Positions 48,795 to 61,797 of a DNA stretch of 64,000 bases are shown here, piece by piece. The stretch lies in assembly GCF_009914755.1 (NCBI RefSeq), contig NC_060940.1. One strand, given 5' to 3'. The notes under the pieces are model-generated. The model was not told the DNA's origin. It saw only the letters and a program-made list of their open reading frames with translations, and searched no databases. Made by a program: the position numbers and the translations under genes. Positions within the stretch are counted from its first letter, which is position 1. Every line of letters starts with the position of its first letter. Origin of the DNA: the human T2T-CHM13v2.0 reference genome, Homo sapiens.

Positions 48795-51700
48795 ATGGGT
48801 TCCAAGATGGCCAAATAGGAAGAGTTCCGGTCTGCAGCTCCCAGCATGATCGACACAGAAGACGGGTGATTTCTGCACTTCCAACTGAGGTTCCTGGTTC
48901 ATCTCATTGGGACTGGTTGGAGAGTGGGTGCAGGCCCACAGAGGGTGAGCTGAAGCAAGGTGGGGCGTCGCCTCACCCGGGAAGCACAAGGGGTTGGGGG
49001 ATTTCCCTTTCCCAGCCAAGGGAAGCTGTGACAGACTACCTGGAAAAACAGGGCACTCCCGCCCAAATACTGCACTTTTCCCAAGGTCTTAGCAACTAGC
49101 AGGCAAGGTGATTCTCTCCTGTGCCTCACTCAGTAGGTCCCACAGCCATGGAGCCTTGCTCACTGCTAGCGAAACAGTCTGAAATCCATCTGCGAGGTGG
49201 CAGTCTGGTTGGGGGAGGGGCGTCAACCATTGCTGAGGCTTAAGTAGGTAAACAAAGCGGCCAGGGAACTTGAACTGGGTGGAGCCCACCGCAGCTCAAC
49301 AAGGCCCATTGCCTCTAGACTCCACGTCTGTGGGCAGGGATAGCTGAACAAAAGGCAGCAACTTCTGCAGACTTAAACGTCCCTGTCTGACAGCTCTGAA
49401 GAGAGCAGTGGTTTTTCCAGCATGGCGTTTGAGTTCTGAGAATGGACAGACTGCCTCCTCAAGTGGGTCCCTGAACCCTGTGTAGCCTAACTGGGACACA
49501 CCTCCCAGTAGAGGCTGACAGACACCTCATATAGGCAGCTGCCCCTCTTGGACAAAGCTTCCAGAGGAAGGATCAGGCAGCACTATTTGCTATTCTGCAA
49601 TATTTGCTGTTCTGCAGCCTCCACTGGTGATACCCAGGCAAACAGTGTCTGGAGTGGAACTCCAGCAAACTCCAACAGATCTGCAGCTGAGGGTCCTGAC
49701 TGTTAGAAGGAAAACTAAAAAACAGAAAGGAATAGTGTCAACATTAACAAAAGATCATCTACACCAAAACCCCATCTGTAGGTCAACAATATCAAAGACC
49801 AAAGGTAGATAAAACCAAAAGGATGGGGATAAACCAGAGCAGAAAAGCTGAAAATTCTAAAAATCAGAGCACCTCTTCGCCTCCAAAGGATCACCACTCC
49901 TTGTCAGCAATGGAACAAAGCTGGACAGAGAATGACTTTGATGAGTTGACAGAAGTAGGCTTCAGAAAGTTGGTAATAACAAACTTCTCCGAGCTAAAGG
50001 AGGATGTTGGAACCCATTGCAAGGAAGTTAAAAACCTTGAAAAAGATTAGACGAATGGCTTACAAGAATAAACAGTGTAGAGAAGACCTTAAGTGACCCA
50101 ATGGAGCTGAAAACCATGGCACAAGAACTTTATGACTCATGCACAAGCTTCAATAGCCGATTCAATCAAGTGGAAGAAAGGGTATCAGTGATTGAAGTCA
50201 AATAAATGAAATAAAGTGAGAAGACAAGGTTAGAGAAACAAGAGTAAAAAGAAATGAACAAAGCCTCCAAGAAATATGGGACTATGTGAAAAGACCAAAT
50301 CTATATTTGATTGGTGTACCGGAAAGTGATGAGGAGAATGGAACCAAGTTGGAAAACACTCTTCAGGATATTATCCAGGAGAATTTCCCCAACCTAGCAA
50401 GGCAGGCCAACATTCAACTTCAGGAAATACAGAGAACAACACAAAGATACTCTTTGAGAAGAGCGATTCCAAGACACATAATTGTCAGATTCACCAAGGT
50501 TGAAGTGTAGGAAAAAGTGTTAAGGGCAGCCAGAGAGAAAGGTCAGGTTAGCCACAAAGGGAAGCCCATCAGACTAACAGCTGATCTCTTGGCAGAAACC
50601 CTACAATCCAGAAGAGAGTGGGGGCCAATATTCAACATTCTTAAAGAAAATAATTTTCAATCCAGAGTTTCATATCCAGCCAAACTAAGCTTCATAAGTG
50701 AAGGAGAAAATAAAATTCTTTACTGACAAGCAAATGCTGAGAGATTTTGTCACCACCAGGCCTGCCTTACAAGAGCTCCTGAAAGAAGCACTAAACATGG
50801 AAAGAAACACCTGGTACCACCCAGTGCAAAAACATGCCAAGTTGTAAAGACCATCAATGCTAGGAAGAAACTGCATCAATTAATGGGCAAATAACCAGCG
50901 AATATCATAATGACAGGATCAAATTCACACATAACAATATTAACTGTAAATGTAAATGGGCTAAATGCCCCAATTAAAGGACACAGACTGGCAAATTGGA
51001 TAAAGGGTCAAGACCCATCAGTGTGCTGTATTCAGGAGACCCATCTCATGCGCAAATTCACACATAGGCTCAAAATAAAGGGATGGAGGAAGATCTACCA
51101 AGAAAATGGAAAACAAAAAAAGGCAGGGGTTGCAATCCTTGTCTCTGATAAAACAGACTTTAAACCAACAAAGATCAAAAGAGACAAAGAAGGCCATTAC
51201 ATAATGGTAAAGGGATCAATGCAACAAGAAGAGCTAACTATCCTAAATATATATGCACCCAATACAAGAGCACCCAGATTCATAAAGCAAGTCCTTAGAG
51301 ACCTACAAAGAGGCTTAGACTCCCACACAATAATAATGGGAGACTTTAACACCCAACTGTCAATATTAGAAAGATCAACAAGACAGAAGGTTAACAAAGA
51401 TATCCAGGACCTGAACTCAGCTCTGCAACAAACAGACCCAATAGACATCCACAGAACTCTCCACCCCAAATTAACAGAGTATACATTCTTCTCAGCACCA
51501 CATCTCACTTATTCTAAATTTGACCACATAATTGGAAGTAAAGCACTCCTCACCAAATGTAAAAGAACAGAAATCACAACAAACTGTCTCTCAGACCACA
51601 GTGCAATCAAATTCAAACTTAGGATTAAGAAGCTCACTCAAAACTGAACAACTACATGGAAACTGAACAATTTGCTCCTGAATGACTACTGGGTAAATAA

Positions 51701-54700
51701 CAAAATGAAGGTAGAAATAAAGATGTTCTTTGAAACCAATGAGAACAAAGACACAATGTACCAGAATCTCTGGGACACATTTAAAGCAGTGTGTAGGGGG
51801 AAATTTATAGCACTAAATGCCCAGAAGAGAAAGCAGGAAAGATCTGAAATTGACCACCTAACATCAAAATTAAAAGAACTAGAGAAGCAAGAGCAAACAC
51901 ATTCAAAAGCTAGCAGAAGGCAAAAAATAAGATCAGAGCAGAGCTGAAGGAGACAGAGACACAAAAAACCCTTCAAAAAAGCAATGAATCCAGGAGCTGG
52001 TTTTTTGAAAAGATCAACAAAATTGATAGACTGCTAGCAAGACTAATAAAGAAGAAAAGAGAGAGGAATCAAATAGATGCAATAAAAATGACAAAGGGGA
52101 TATCACCACTGAGCCCAGGGAAATAAAAACTACCATCAGAGAATACTATAAACACCTCTACACAAATAAACTTGAACATCTAGAAGAAATGGATAAATTC
52201 TTGGACACATACACCCTTTCAAGACTAAACCAAGAAGAAGTTGAATCTCTGAATAGACCAATAACAGGCTCTGAAATTGAGGCAATAATTAATAGCTTAC
52301 CAACCAAAAAAAAGTCCAGGACCAGATGGATTCACAGCTGAGTTCTACCAGAGGTACAAAGAGGAGCTGGTACCATTCTTTCTGAAACTTTTCCAATCAA
52401 TAGAAAAAGACAGAATCCTCCCTAATTCATTTTATGAGGCCAACATCATCCTGATACCAAAGCCTGACAGAGACACAACAACAAAAAAAGAGAATTTTAG
52501 ACCTATATCCCTGATGAACATTGATGCAAATATCCTCAATAAGATAGTAACAAACGGAATCCAGCAACACATCAAAAAGCTTATCCACCATGATCAAGTT
52601 GGCATCTCTAGGATGCAAGACTGGTTCAACATATGCAAATCAATAAACGTAATCCATCATATAAACAGAACCAAAGACAAAAACCACATGATTATCTTAA
52701 TAGATGCAGAAAAGGCCTCTGACAAAATTCAACAGCCCTTCATGCTAAGAACTCTCAATAAACTAGGTATTGATGGGACGTATCTCAAAATAATAAGAGC
52801 TATTTATGACAAACCCACAGCCAATATCATACTGAATGGACAATAACTGGAAGCATTCCCTTTGAAACCTGGCACAAGACAAGGATTCCCTCTCTCACCA
52901 CTCCTATTCAACATAGTCTTGGAAGTTCTGGCCAGGGCAATCAGGCAAGAGAATGAAATAAAATGTATTCAACTAGGAAAAGAGGAAGTCAAATTGTCCC
53001 TGTCTGCAGATGACATGATTGTATATTTACAAAACCCCATCATCTCAGCCCAAAATCTCCTTAAGCTGATAAGCAAATTCAGCAAAGTCTCAGGATACAA
53101 AATCAATGTGCAAAAATCACAAGCATTCTTATACACCAATAACAGACAAACAGAGAGCCAAATCATGAGTGAACTCCCATCCACAATTGCTTCAAAGAGA
53201 ATAAAATACCTAGGAATCCAACTTACAGGGGATGTGAAGGGCCTCTTCAAGGAGAACGACAAACCACTGCTCAACAAAATAAGAGGACACAAACAAATGG
53301 AAGAACATTCCATGCTCATGGAAAGGAAGAATCAATATCGTGAAAATGGCCATACAGCCAAAGGTAATTTATAGATTCAATGCCATCCCCATCAAGCTAC
53401 CAATAACTTTCTTCACAGAATTGGAAAAAAACAACTTTAAAGTTCATATGGAACCAAAAAAGAACCTGCATTGCCAAGTCAATCCTAAGCAAAAAGAACA
53501 AATCTGGAGGCATCACGCTACCTGACTTCAAACTACACTACAAGGCTACAGTAACCAAAACAGCATGGTACTGGTGCCAAAACAGAGATACAGACCAATG
53601 GAACAGAATAGAGCCCTCGGAAATAATACCACACATCTACAACCATCTGATCTTTGACAAACCTGACATAAACAAGAAATGGGGAAAGGATACCCTATTT
53701 AATAAATGGTGCTGGGAAAACTGGCTAGCCATATGTGGAAAGCTGAAACTGGATCCCTTCCTTACACCTTATATAAAAATTAATTCAAGATGGATTAAAG
53801 ACTTAAATGTTAGACCTAAAACCATAAAAACCCTAGAAGAATACCTAGGCAATACCATTCAGGACATAGGCATGGGCAAGGAATTCATGACTAAAACACC
53901 AATAGCAATGGCAACAAAAGCCAAAATTGACAAATGAGATCTAATTAAATTCAAGAGCTTCTGCACAGCAAAAGAAACTACCATCAGAGTGAACAGACAA
54001 CCTACAGAATGGGAGAAAATTTTTACAATCTACCCATCTGACAAAGGGCTAATATCCAGAATCTACAAAGAACTTAAACAAATTTATATGAAAAAATCAA
54101 ACTACCCCATCAAAAATTGGGTAAAGGATATGAACAGACACTTCTCAAAAGAAGACATCTATGCAGCCAACAGACACATGAAAAAATGCTCATCATCACT
54201 CGCCATCAGAGAAATGCAAATCAAAACCACAATGAGATACCATCTCACACCAATTAGAATGGCGATCATTAAAAAGTCAGGAAACAACAGGTGCTGGAGA
54301 GGATATGGAGAAATAGGAATGCTTTTACACTGTTGGTGGGAGTGTAAACTAGTTCAATCATTGTAGAAGACAGTGTGTCAATTCCTCAAGGATCTAGAAC
54401 AAGAAATACCATTTCAATCAGCCATCCCATTACTGGGCATATACCCAAAGGATTGTGAATCATGCTGCTATAAAGACACATGCACACATATGTTTATTGC
54501 GGCACTATTCGCAATAGCAAAGACTTGGAACCAACCTAAATGTCCATCAACGATAGACTGGATTAAGAAAATGTGGCACATATACACCAAGGAATACTAT
54601 GCAGCCATAAAAAGGATGAGTTCATGTCCTTTGTAAGGACATGGATGAAGCTAGAAACCATCATTCTGAGAAAACTATCGCAAAGACAGAAAACTAAACA

Positions 54701-54941
54701 CCATGTGTTCTTACTCATAGGTGGGAATTGAACAATGAGAACACTTGGACACAGGGTGGGGAGCATCACACACTGGGGCCTGTCATGGAGTGGGGGGAGG
54801 GGGGATAGCATTAGGAGATATATCTAATGTAAATGACGAGTTAATGGGTGCAGCACACCAACATGACACATGTATACATATGTAACAAACCGGCACATTG
54901 TGCATATGTACCCTAGAACTTAAAGTATAATAATAGAAAAA
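48795..54941 (+). mobile_element. Full-length-appearing L1PA (PA6-like 5' UTR, PA5-like 3' end), ORF1/ORF2 disrupted
   Basis: ggttccaagatggcc 5' end; ORF1 from 49823; ORF2 from 50910; 3' end ccctagaacttaaagtataat. Confidence 0.92.
50910..51647 (+). CDS. Open frame covering only the L1 ORF2 endonuclease domain (245 aa); expression unproven
   Basis: MTGSNSHITILTVNVNGLN...QETH...GDFNT...FDH...SDHSAI, then a stop. Confidence 0.5.
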   Translation: MTGSNSHITILTVNVNGLNAPIKGHRLANWIKGQDPSVCCIQETHLMRKFTHRLKIKGWRKIYQENGKQKKAGVAILVSDKTDFKPTKIKRDKEGHYIMVKGSMQQEELTILNIYAPNTRAPRFIKQVLRDLQRGLDSHTIIMGDFNTQLSILERSTRQKVNKDIQDLNSALQQTDPIDIHRTLHPKLTEYTFFSAPHLTYSKFDHIIGSKALLTKCKRTEITTNCLSDHSAIKFKLRIKKLTQN

Positions 54942-55093
54942 CTATGACACTCTCCTACATACCATATCTGTACAAAAATTATAAATTTTAGATAACCATC
55001 CAGAGATATTTCTCTAATTCTTGGAAAAAATATCAACATTGAAAACATCAAAAAAATTAAACAGTTCTTTCTTCATCCAAAAAAAAAAAAAAA
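54942..55093 (+). other. L1 3' transduction (~137 bp) with ATTAAA (55056-55061) and A15 tail (55079-55093)
   Basis: Non-L1PA sequence between the L1 3' end and a second poly(A), with the signal 17 nt upstream of that poly(A). Confidence 0.75.
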
Positions 55094-57626
55094 GAACGAT
55101 ATGGAATCCTCCCTAACTCATTTTATGAGGCCAGCATCATCCTGGTACCAAAGCCTGGCAGAGACACAACAAAAAAAGAGAATTTTAGACCAATATCCCT
55201 GATGAACATCGATGCGAAAATCCTCAGTAAAATACTGGCAAACCAAATCCAGCAGCACATCAAAAAGCTTATCCACCACGATCAAGTGGGCTTCATCCCT
55301 GGGATGCAAGGCTGGTTCAACATATGCAAATCAATAAATGTAATCCATTACATAAACAGAACCAAAGACAAAAACCACATGATTATCTCAATAGATGCAG
55401 AAAAGGCCTCTGACAAAATTCAACACTCCTTCATGCTAAAAACTCTCAATAAACTAGGTATTGATGGGACGTATCTCAAAATAATAAGAGCTATTTATGA
55501 CAAACCCACAGCCAATATCATACTGAATGGGCAAAAACTGGAAGCATTCCTTTTGAAAACTGGCACAAGACAAGGATGCCCTCCCTCACCACTCTTATTC
55601 AACATGGTGTTGGAAGTTCTGAAAAGTGGAATCAGGCAGGAGAAAGAAATAAATTGTATTTAGTTAGGAAAAGATGAAGTCAAATTGTCCCTATTTGCAG
55701 ATGACATGATTGTATATTTAGAAAACCCCATCATCTCAGCCCAAAGTCTCCTTAAGCTGATAAGCAACTTCAGCAAAGTCTCAGGATACAAAATCAACGT
55801 GCCAAAATCACAAGCATTCCTATACACCATTAATAGACAAACAGAGAGCCAAATCATGAGTGAACTCCCATTCACAATTGCTACAAAGAGAATAAAATAC
55901 CTAGGAATCCAACTCACAAGGGTTGTGAAGGACCTCTTCAAGGAGAACTACAAACCACTGCTCAATGAATTAAAAGAGGACACAAACAAATGGAAGAATA
56001 TTCCACGCTCATGGATAGGAAGAATCAATATCATGAAAAAGACCATACTGCACAAAGTAATTTATAGATTCAATACCATCCCCATCAAGCTTCTAATGAC
56101 TTTCTTCACAGAATTGGAAAAAGAAACTACTTTAAAGTTCATATGGAACTAAAAAAGAGCCTGCATTGCCAAGACAATCCTAAGCAAAAAGAACAAAGCT
56201 GGAGGCATCACACTACCTGACTTCAAACTATACTACAAGACTACAGTAACCAAAACAGCATGGTACTGGTGCCAAAACAGATATATAGACCAATGGAACA
56301 GAACAGAGGCCTCAGAAATAAGACCACACATCTACAGCCATCTGATCTTTGACAAACCTGACAAAAACAAGAAATGGGGAAAGGATTGCCTATTTAATAA
56401 ATGATGCTGGGAAAACTGGCTAGCCATATGTAGAAAGCTGAAACTGGATCCCTTCCTTACATCTTATACAAAAATTAATTCAAGATGGATAAAAGACTTA
56501 AATGTTAGACCTAAAACCATAAAAACCCTAGAAGAAAACCTAGGCAATACCATTCAGGACATAGGCATGAGCAAGGACTTCATGACTAAAACACCAAAAG
56601 CAATGGCAACAAAAGCCAAAATTGACAAATGGGATCTAATTAAACTAAGGAGCTTCTGTACTGCAAAAGAAACTGCCATCAGAGTGAACCAGGCAACATA
56701 CAGAATGGGAGATAAATTGCAATCTACCCATTTGACAAAGAAAGAATTCAAACAAATTTACAAGAAAAAAACAACCCCATCAAAAAGTGGGCAAACATAT
56801 GAATAGACGCTTCTCAAAAGAAGACATCTATGCAGCTAACAGACACAAGAAAAAAAGCTCATCATCACTGGTCATCAAAGAAATGCAAATCAAAACCACA
56901 ATGAGATACCATCCCACCCCAGTTAGAATGTCAATCATTAAAAAGTCAGGAAACAACAGATGCTGGAGAGGATATGGAGAAATAGGAATGCTTTTACACT
57001 GTTGGTGGGAGTGTAAACTAGTTCAACCATTGTGAAAGACATTGTGGCAATTCCTCGAGGATCTAGAACTAGAATTACCATTTGACCCAGCAATCCCATT
57101 ACTGGATATATATCCAAAGGATTATAAATCATGCTACTATAAAGACATATGCACATGTATGTTTATTGCGGCACTATTAACAATAGCAAAGACTTGGAAC
57201 CAACCCAAATGTCCATTAATGATGGACTGGATTAAGACATGTGACACATATACACCATGGAATACTATGCAGCCATAAAAAAGGATGAGTTCATGTCCTT
57301 TGCAGGGAGATAGATGAAGCTGGAAACCATCATTCTCAGCAAAACTATCACAAGGACAGAAAACCAAACACCGCATGTTCTCACTCATAGATGGGAATTG
57401 AACAATGAGATCACTTAGACACAGGGCTGGGAACATCACACACTGGGGCCTGTTGGGGGGTGGAGGGCTGGGGGAGGGAGACCATTAGGAGAAATACTTA
57501 ATGTAAATGATGAGTTGATGGGTGCAGCAAACCAACATGGCACATGTGTGCCTATGTATCAAACCTGCACGTTGTGCACATGTACCCTAGAACTTAAGGT
57601 ATAACAACAACAACAACAACAACAAA
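55094..57626 (+). mobile_element. L1PA6-like 3' half (ORF2 RT to 3' UTR), (CAA)n tail
   Basis: Restarts at the ORF2 position homologous to ~52403; followed by the TSD copy at 57629-57645. Confidence 0.9.
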
Positions 57627-57628
57627 CG

Positions 57629-57996
57629 TTTCTTCTACCAGATGTCCTCAGTCATCTCTCTCATTTTCAAAGTTCCATAAATCTGTAGGGCAGGGGCAAA
57701 ATGCCACCATTCTCTTTGCTAAAGCATAGCAGGAGTGACCTTTACTTCAGTTCTCAACAAGTTGTTCATCTCCATCTCGGACCTCCTCAGCCTGGACTTC
57801 ACTGTCCAAGTCACTATCAGCAGTTTGGTCAAAGCCATTCAACAAGTCTCTAGGCAGTTCCAAACTTTCCCACATCTTCTGGTCTTCTTCTGAGTCCTCT
57901 CAACTGTTCCAAACTCTGCATATTACACAGTTCCAAAGTCACTTCCACATTCTTAGGTATCTTATAGCAATACTCCATTACCTCAGTATCAAAATC
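57629..57996 (-). mobile_element. THE1/MST-internal (MaLR) sequence, 5' part with primer-binding region
   Basis: Reverse strand: gattttgatactgagg...gctataagatacc...aatgtggaagtgactttggaactg. Confidence 0.8.
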
Positions 57997-58074
57997 TGTA
58001 TTAGCCATGGTTCTCTAGAGGGATAGAACTAGTAGGAGATATATATATATATACACATACATATATATATATAC

Positions 58075-58106
<32 letters not shown>

Positions 58107-58662
58107 ACATATATATACATACATATATATATACACATACATATATATATATGACAGGGAGTTTATTAAGGAGAACTGAATCACACCATCACAAAGTGAA
58201 GTCCTACAACAGGCCGTCTGCAAGTTGAGGAGCAAGGAATCTAGTATTGGCTTAGTCCGAGTCCCAACACCTCAAAAGTAGGGAAACCGACAGGCCAGCT
58301 TTGAGTCTCTGGATGAAGGCCTGGGAGCCCCTGGAAAACAACTGGAGTAAGCCCAAGAGTCCAAAAGCCAAAGAACCTGGAGTCTGATATTTGAGTGCAG
58401 GAAGCATCCAGCATGGGAGAAAGATGAGGGCCAGAAGGCTCAGCAAGTCAGCTTCTCCTAACCTTCTTCTGCCTGCTTTATTCGAGCCATGCTGGCAGCT
58501 GATTTTATGGTGCCCACCCACATTGAGGGTGGATCTGCCTTTCCCAGTCCACTAAATAAATGTTAATCTCCTTTGGCAACACCCTCACAGACACAACCGG
58601 GAACAATAATTTGGATCCTTCAATCCAATCAAGTTGACACTTACTTAATATTAACCTACACA
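57997..58662 (-). mobile_element. MLT2A (A2-like) ERVL LTR with internal TA/TACA microsatellite (58040-58152)
   Basis: tgtattag...ggttctctagaggg...gcaggaagcatccagcatgggagaaagatg...caatccaatcaagttgacac. Confidence 0.85.
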
Positions 58663-58769
58663 ATGTAATATTCATCCCATTTGTAATTTTTCTTTAATAT
58701 ACAAGCTCGTTGAGAACATGCACCATTTGATCTTGTCTCTCTGTTGTGTTGGGAGGCAGTGGAGAAGAG

Positions 58770-58950
58770 AAGAGTTAAATGTGTGGGTGTGGAGTGAGAC
58801 TGTCAGATTTGCATCTTGGCTCCCCTACTTATTGGATCTCTGTCCTTGAGTAAATTATTTAACATCTTTCTCAGTTTCCTTACCTGTAAATGAGTGGTGA
58901 CATATATGGAACTTAGAACAAGAGCCAAGCAAGTATTCAATAAAAGCTAA
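58770..58950. mobile_element. MIR
   Basis: ccttgagtaaattatttaacatc...ctcagtttccttacctgtaaa. Confidence 0.55.
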
Positions 58951-59009
58951 TGTTGTTGCCTACTGTTCATTCTCAGTGTTTGGCATAGTAGCCAGCAAAA
59001 GGAAGAGGA

Positions 59010-59334
<325 letters not shown>

Positions 59335-59917
59335 TGATAACAATATTTTTGAAAGAATGACAGATACCAATCATGAAGGAAAAGATTTTGACAATTGACA
59401 ATAAAAAACTTTAACTTCTGAATGGTAAAAAGGGTGAGAAAATTAAAAGCCAAATTACAAATTGAAAAAACTAAAGTATATAAAACAAAGGTTTTCATTC
59501 TCAATTTAATGCAGAATCTTGACAAATCAAAAAGAACAAAAGGTGAACCCACCTAAAAGAAGTAGGCAGAAAACTTTCAAGAAAAGCAGTTTACAAAATG
59601 CCAATGACTAATAAACATGGATATTTAACATCACTAGTATTCAAAGTACTTCATTTACAGAGATCCCTCCTTCACCTATCAAATTAGCAAAGATGAAAAA
59701 GGCTAGTAATACCAAATTTTGAAGAGAGGTGAGAGGAAATGACAAGTTTATGTACCCTGGTAGGACATGATATTGTGGCAATATGTTTCAGAACACTCAT
59801 AAACGTATACACCTTTTAGATCAACAATTACACTTTTAAGCTTAAGAAAATATGAAGATTAGGTACAAATATTTCTCTATATGTTCAACTAAGTATTATT
59901 TTTTTAAGTAAGAAAAA

Positions 59918-60199
<282 letters not shown>

Positions 60200-60428
60200 T
60201 AATTTAAAAAAATATTTTTATAGCAGCACAACTAAGCATTATTTTAATAGCAAATATTGGAGTTAACTTTAATTTTGAACAGGATGAGTAATCATGATGC
60301 AGCACATTGAATACTCTTTCATTAAGCTAAACAACTATTTAAAATGATATACAAACACATTTACTGAAAAGAAACATGTTTGTGATATACAGTTAAGTGT
60401 AAAACAATTCAGGTTATAAGAACATATT

Positions 60429-60755
<327 letters not shown>

Positions 60756-60770
60756 TTATAAGAATATTTG

Positions 60771-60853
60771 ACAGAGAGAGGGGTAAGGGAAGGGAAGGGG
60801 GAGGAGAGGGGAAGGGAAGGGAAGGGAAGAAGGGAAGAAGGGAAGGGAAGGGA
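60771..60853. repeat. Polypurine (GGGAA)n repeat
   Basis: Directly visible. Confidence 0.85.
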
Positions 60854-61621
60854 ATATGGGTGGGTTTATATCAAAAGGTTCAGAAGGAAATGATTCTTTT
60901 CTTCTGGATGTGACTATTGCAGATTTTATTTTTAACTTTTCCTCTTTTTCTTATTTATTTATATTTTCTTATTTTAAGAGAAACTATAAAACTATATATA
61001 TTACTTTTCAACTTAAAAATAGTTTAGTGCTTCAGTAATACAGAAGACTCAAACATTGCAGATAATTAAAGCATTACTTAATGTGGAAATATTTAGTTTC
61101 ACAATTTCTGTAGTGATATTCAAGACCAGATATCACCTTGGGAATCAGAACTGGTGCAGGATCTTGTCCTAACACTACCAAAAAGGCATATGGCTGTCCC
61201 AGCTCTGTATGTTTATGTCGTCTTATGATAGAGCAACCATTTGTTTATTAGGATGGCCAAAAAGGCACATTTCAAAAATGCCTATTAAAATATTAGTAGT
61301 ACAAATAATACTGCTGCTTAATTTTTTCTAATGAGAACTGATAAAATTCAAAAGCAACATAAGCAGATAAATAGAAATAATATGGTTTATCAAATTAATT
61401 GTCACATGATTATTAAAGTGAGATCATGTGTGTTAAGTAGTGGTATCTTAAGCCACTGAAATATCTTCCTTGGTCTGGAATGAGCTTTCTATGGAGATTA
61501 AAAAGATGTTAAATTGAACAGTCTTGGTTAATAAATGAAGAAGCAAAGCCAGAAACCCTGTTTAAAGAACTAACAAAAAAGGTCATGAATGATCTGGTGG
61601 TTGTTATATTTTCTTGTTTAC

Positions 61622-61797
61622 CCGAGGAGAAGACTATGCTCAAGCATGTATTGAATCCAGTGATAGCCAGAATGTCATCCATACTGCTAGCAGCCATTAG
61701 TAAGGTTGGAATGTCTTCCTCAACACCATATCCATTTTCTTGCAACACCATCGTGTAAAGGACAACAACAGCAAGAGAGACAGCACCTAGAACAAAA
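61622..61797 (-). pseudogene. SLC9B1: SLC9B1-like exon (176 bp) containing the DD ion-binding motif
   Basis: FVLGAVSLAVVVLYTMVLQENGYGVEEDIPTLLMAASSMDDILAITGFNTCLSIVFSS; tttcag / gtaaac. Confidence 0.92.

Noticed and set aside
48795-54941. Retrotransposition-competent L1
   Set aside because: ORF1 and ORF2 are broken by several stops and frameshifts.
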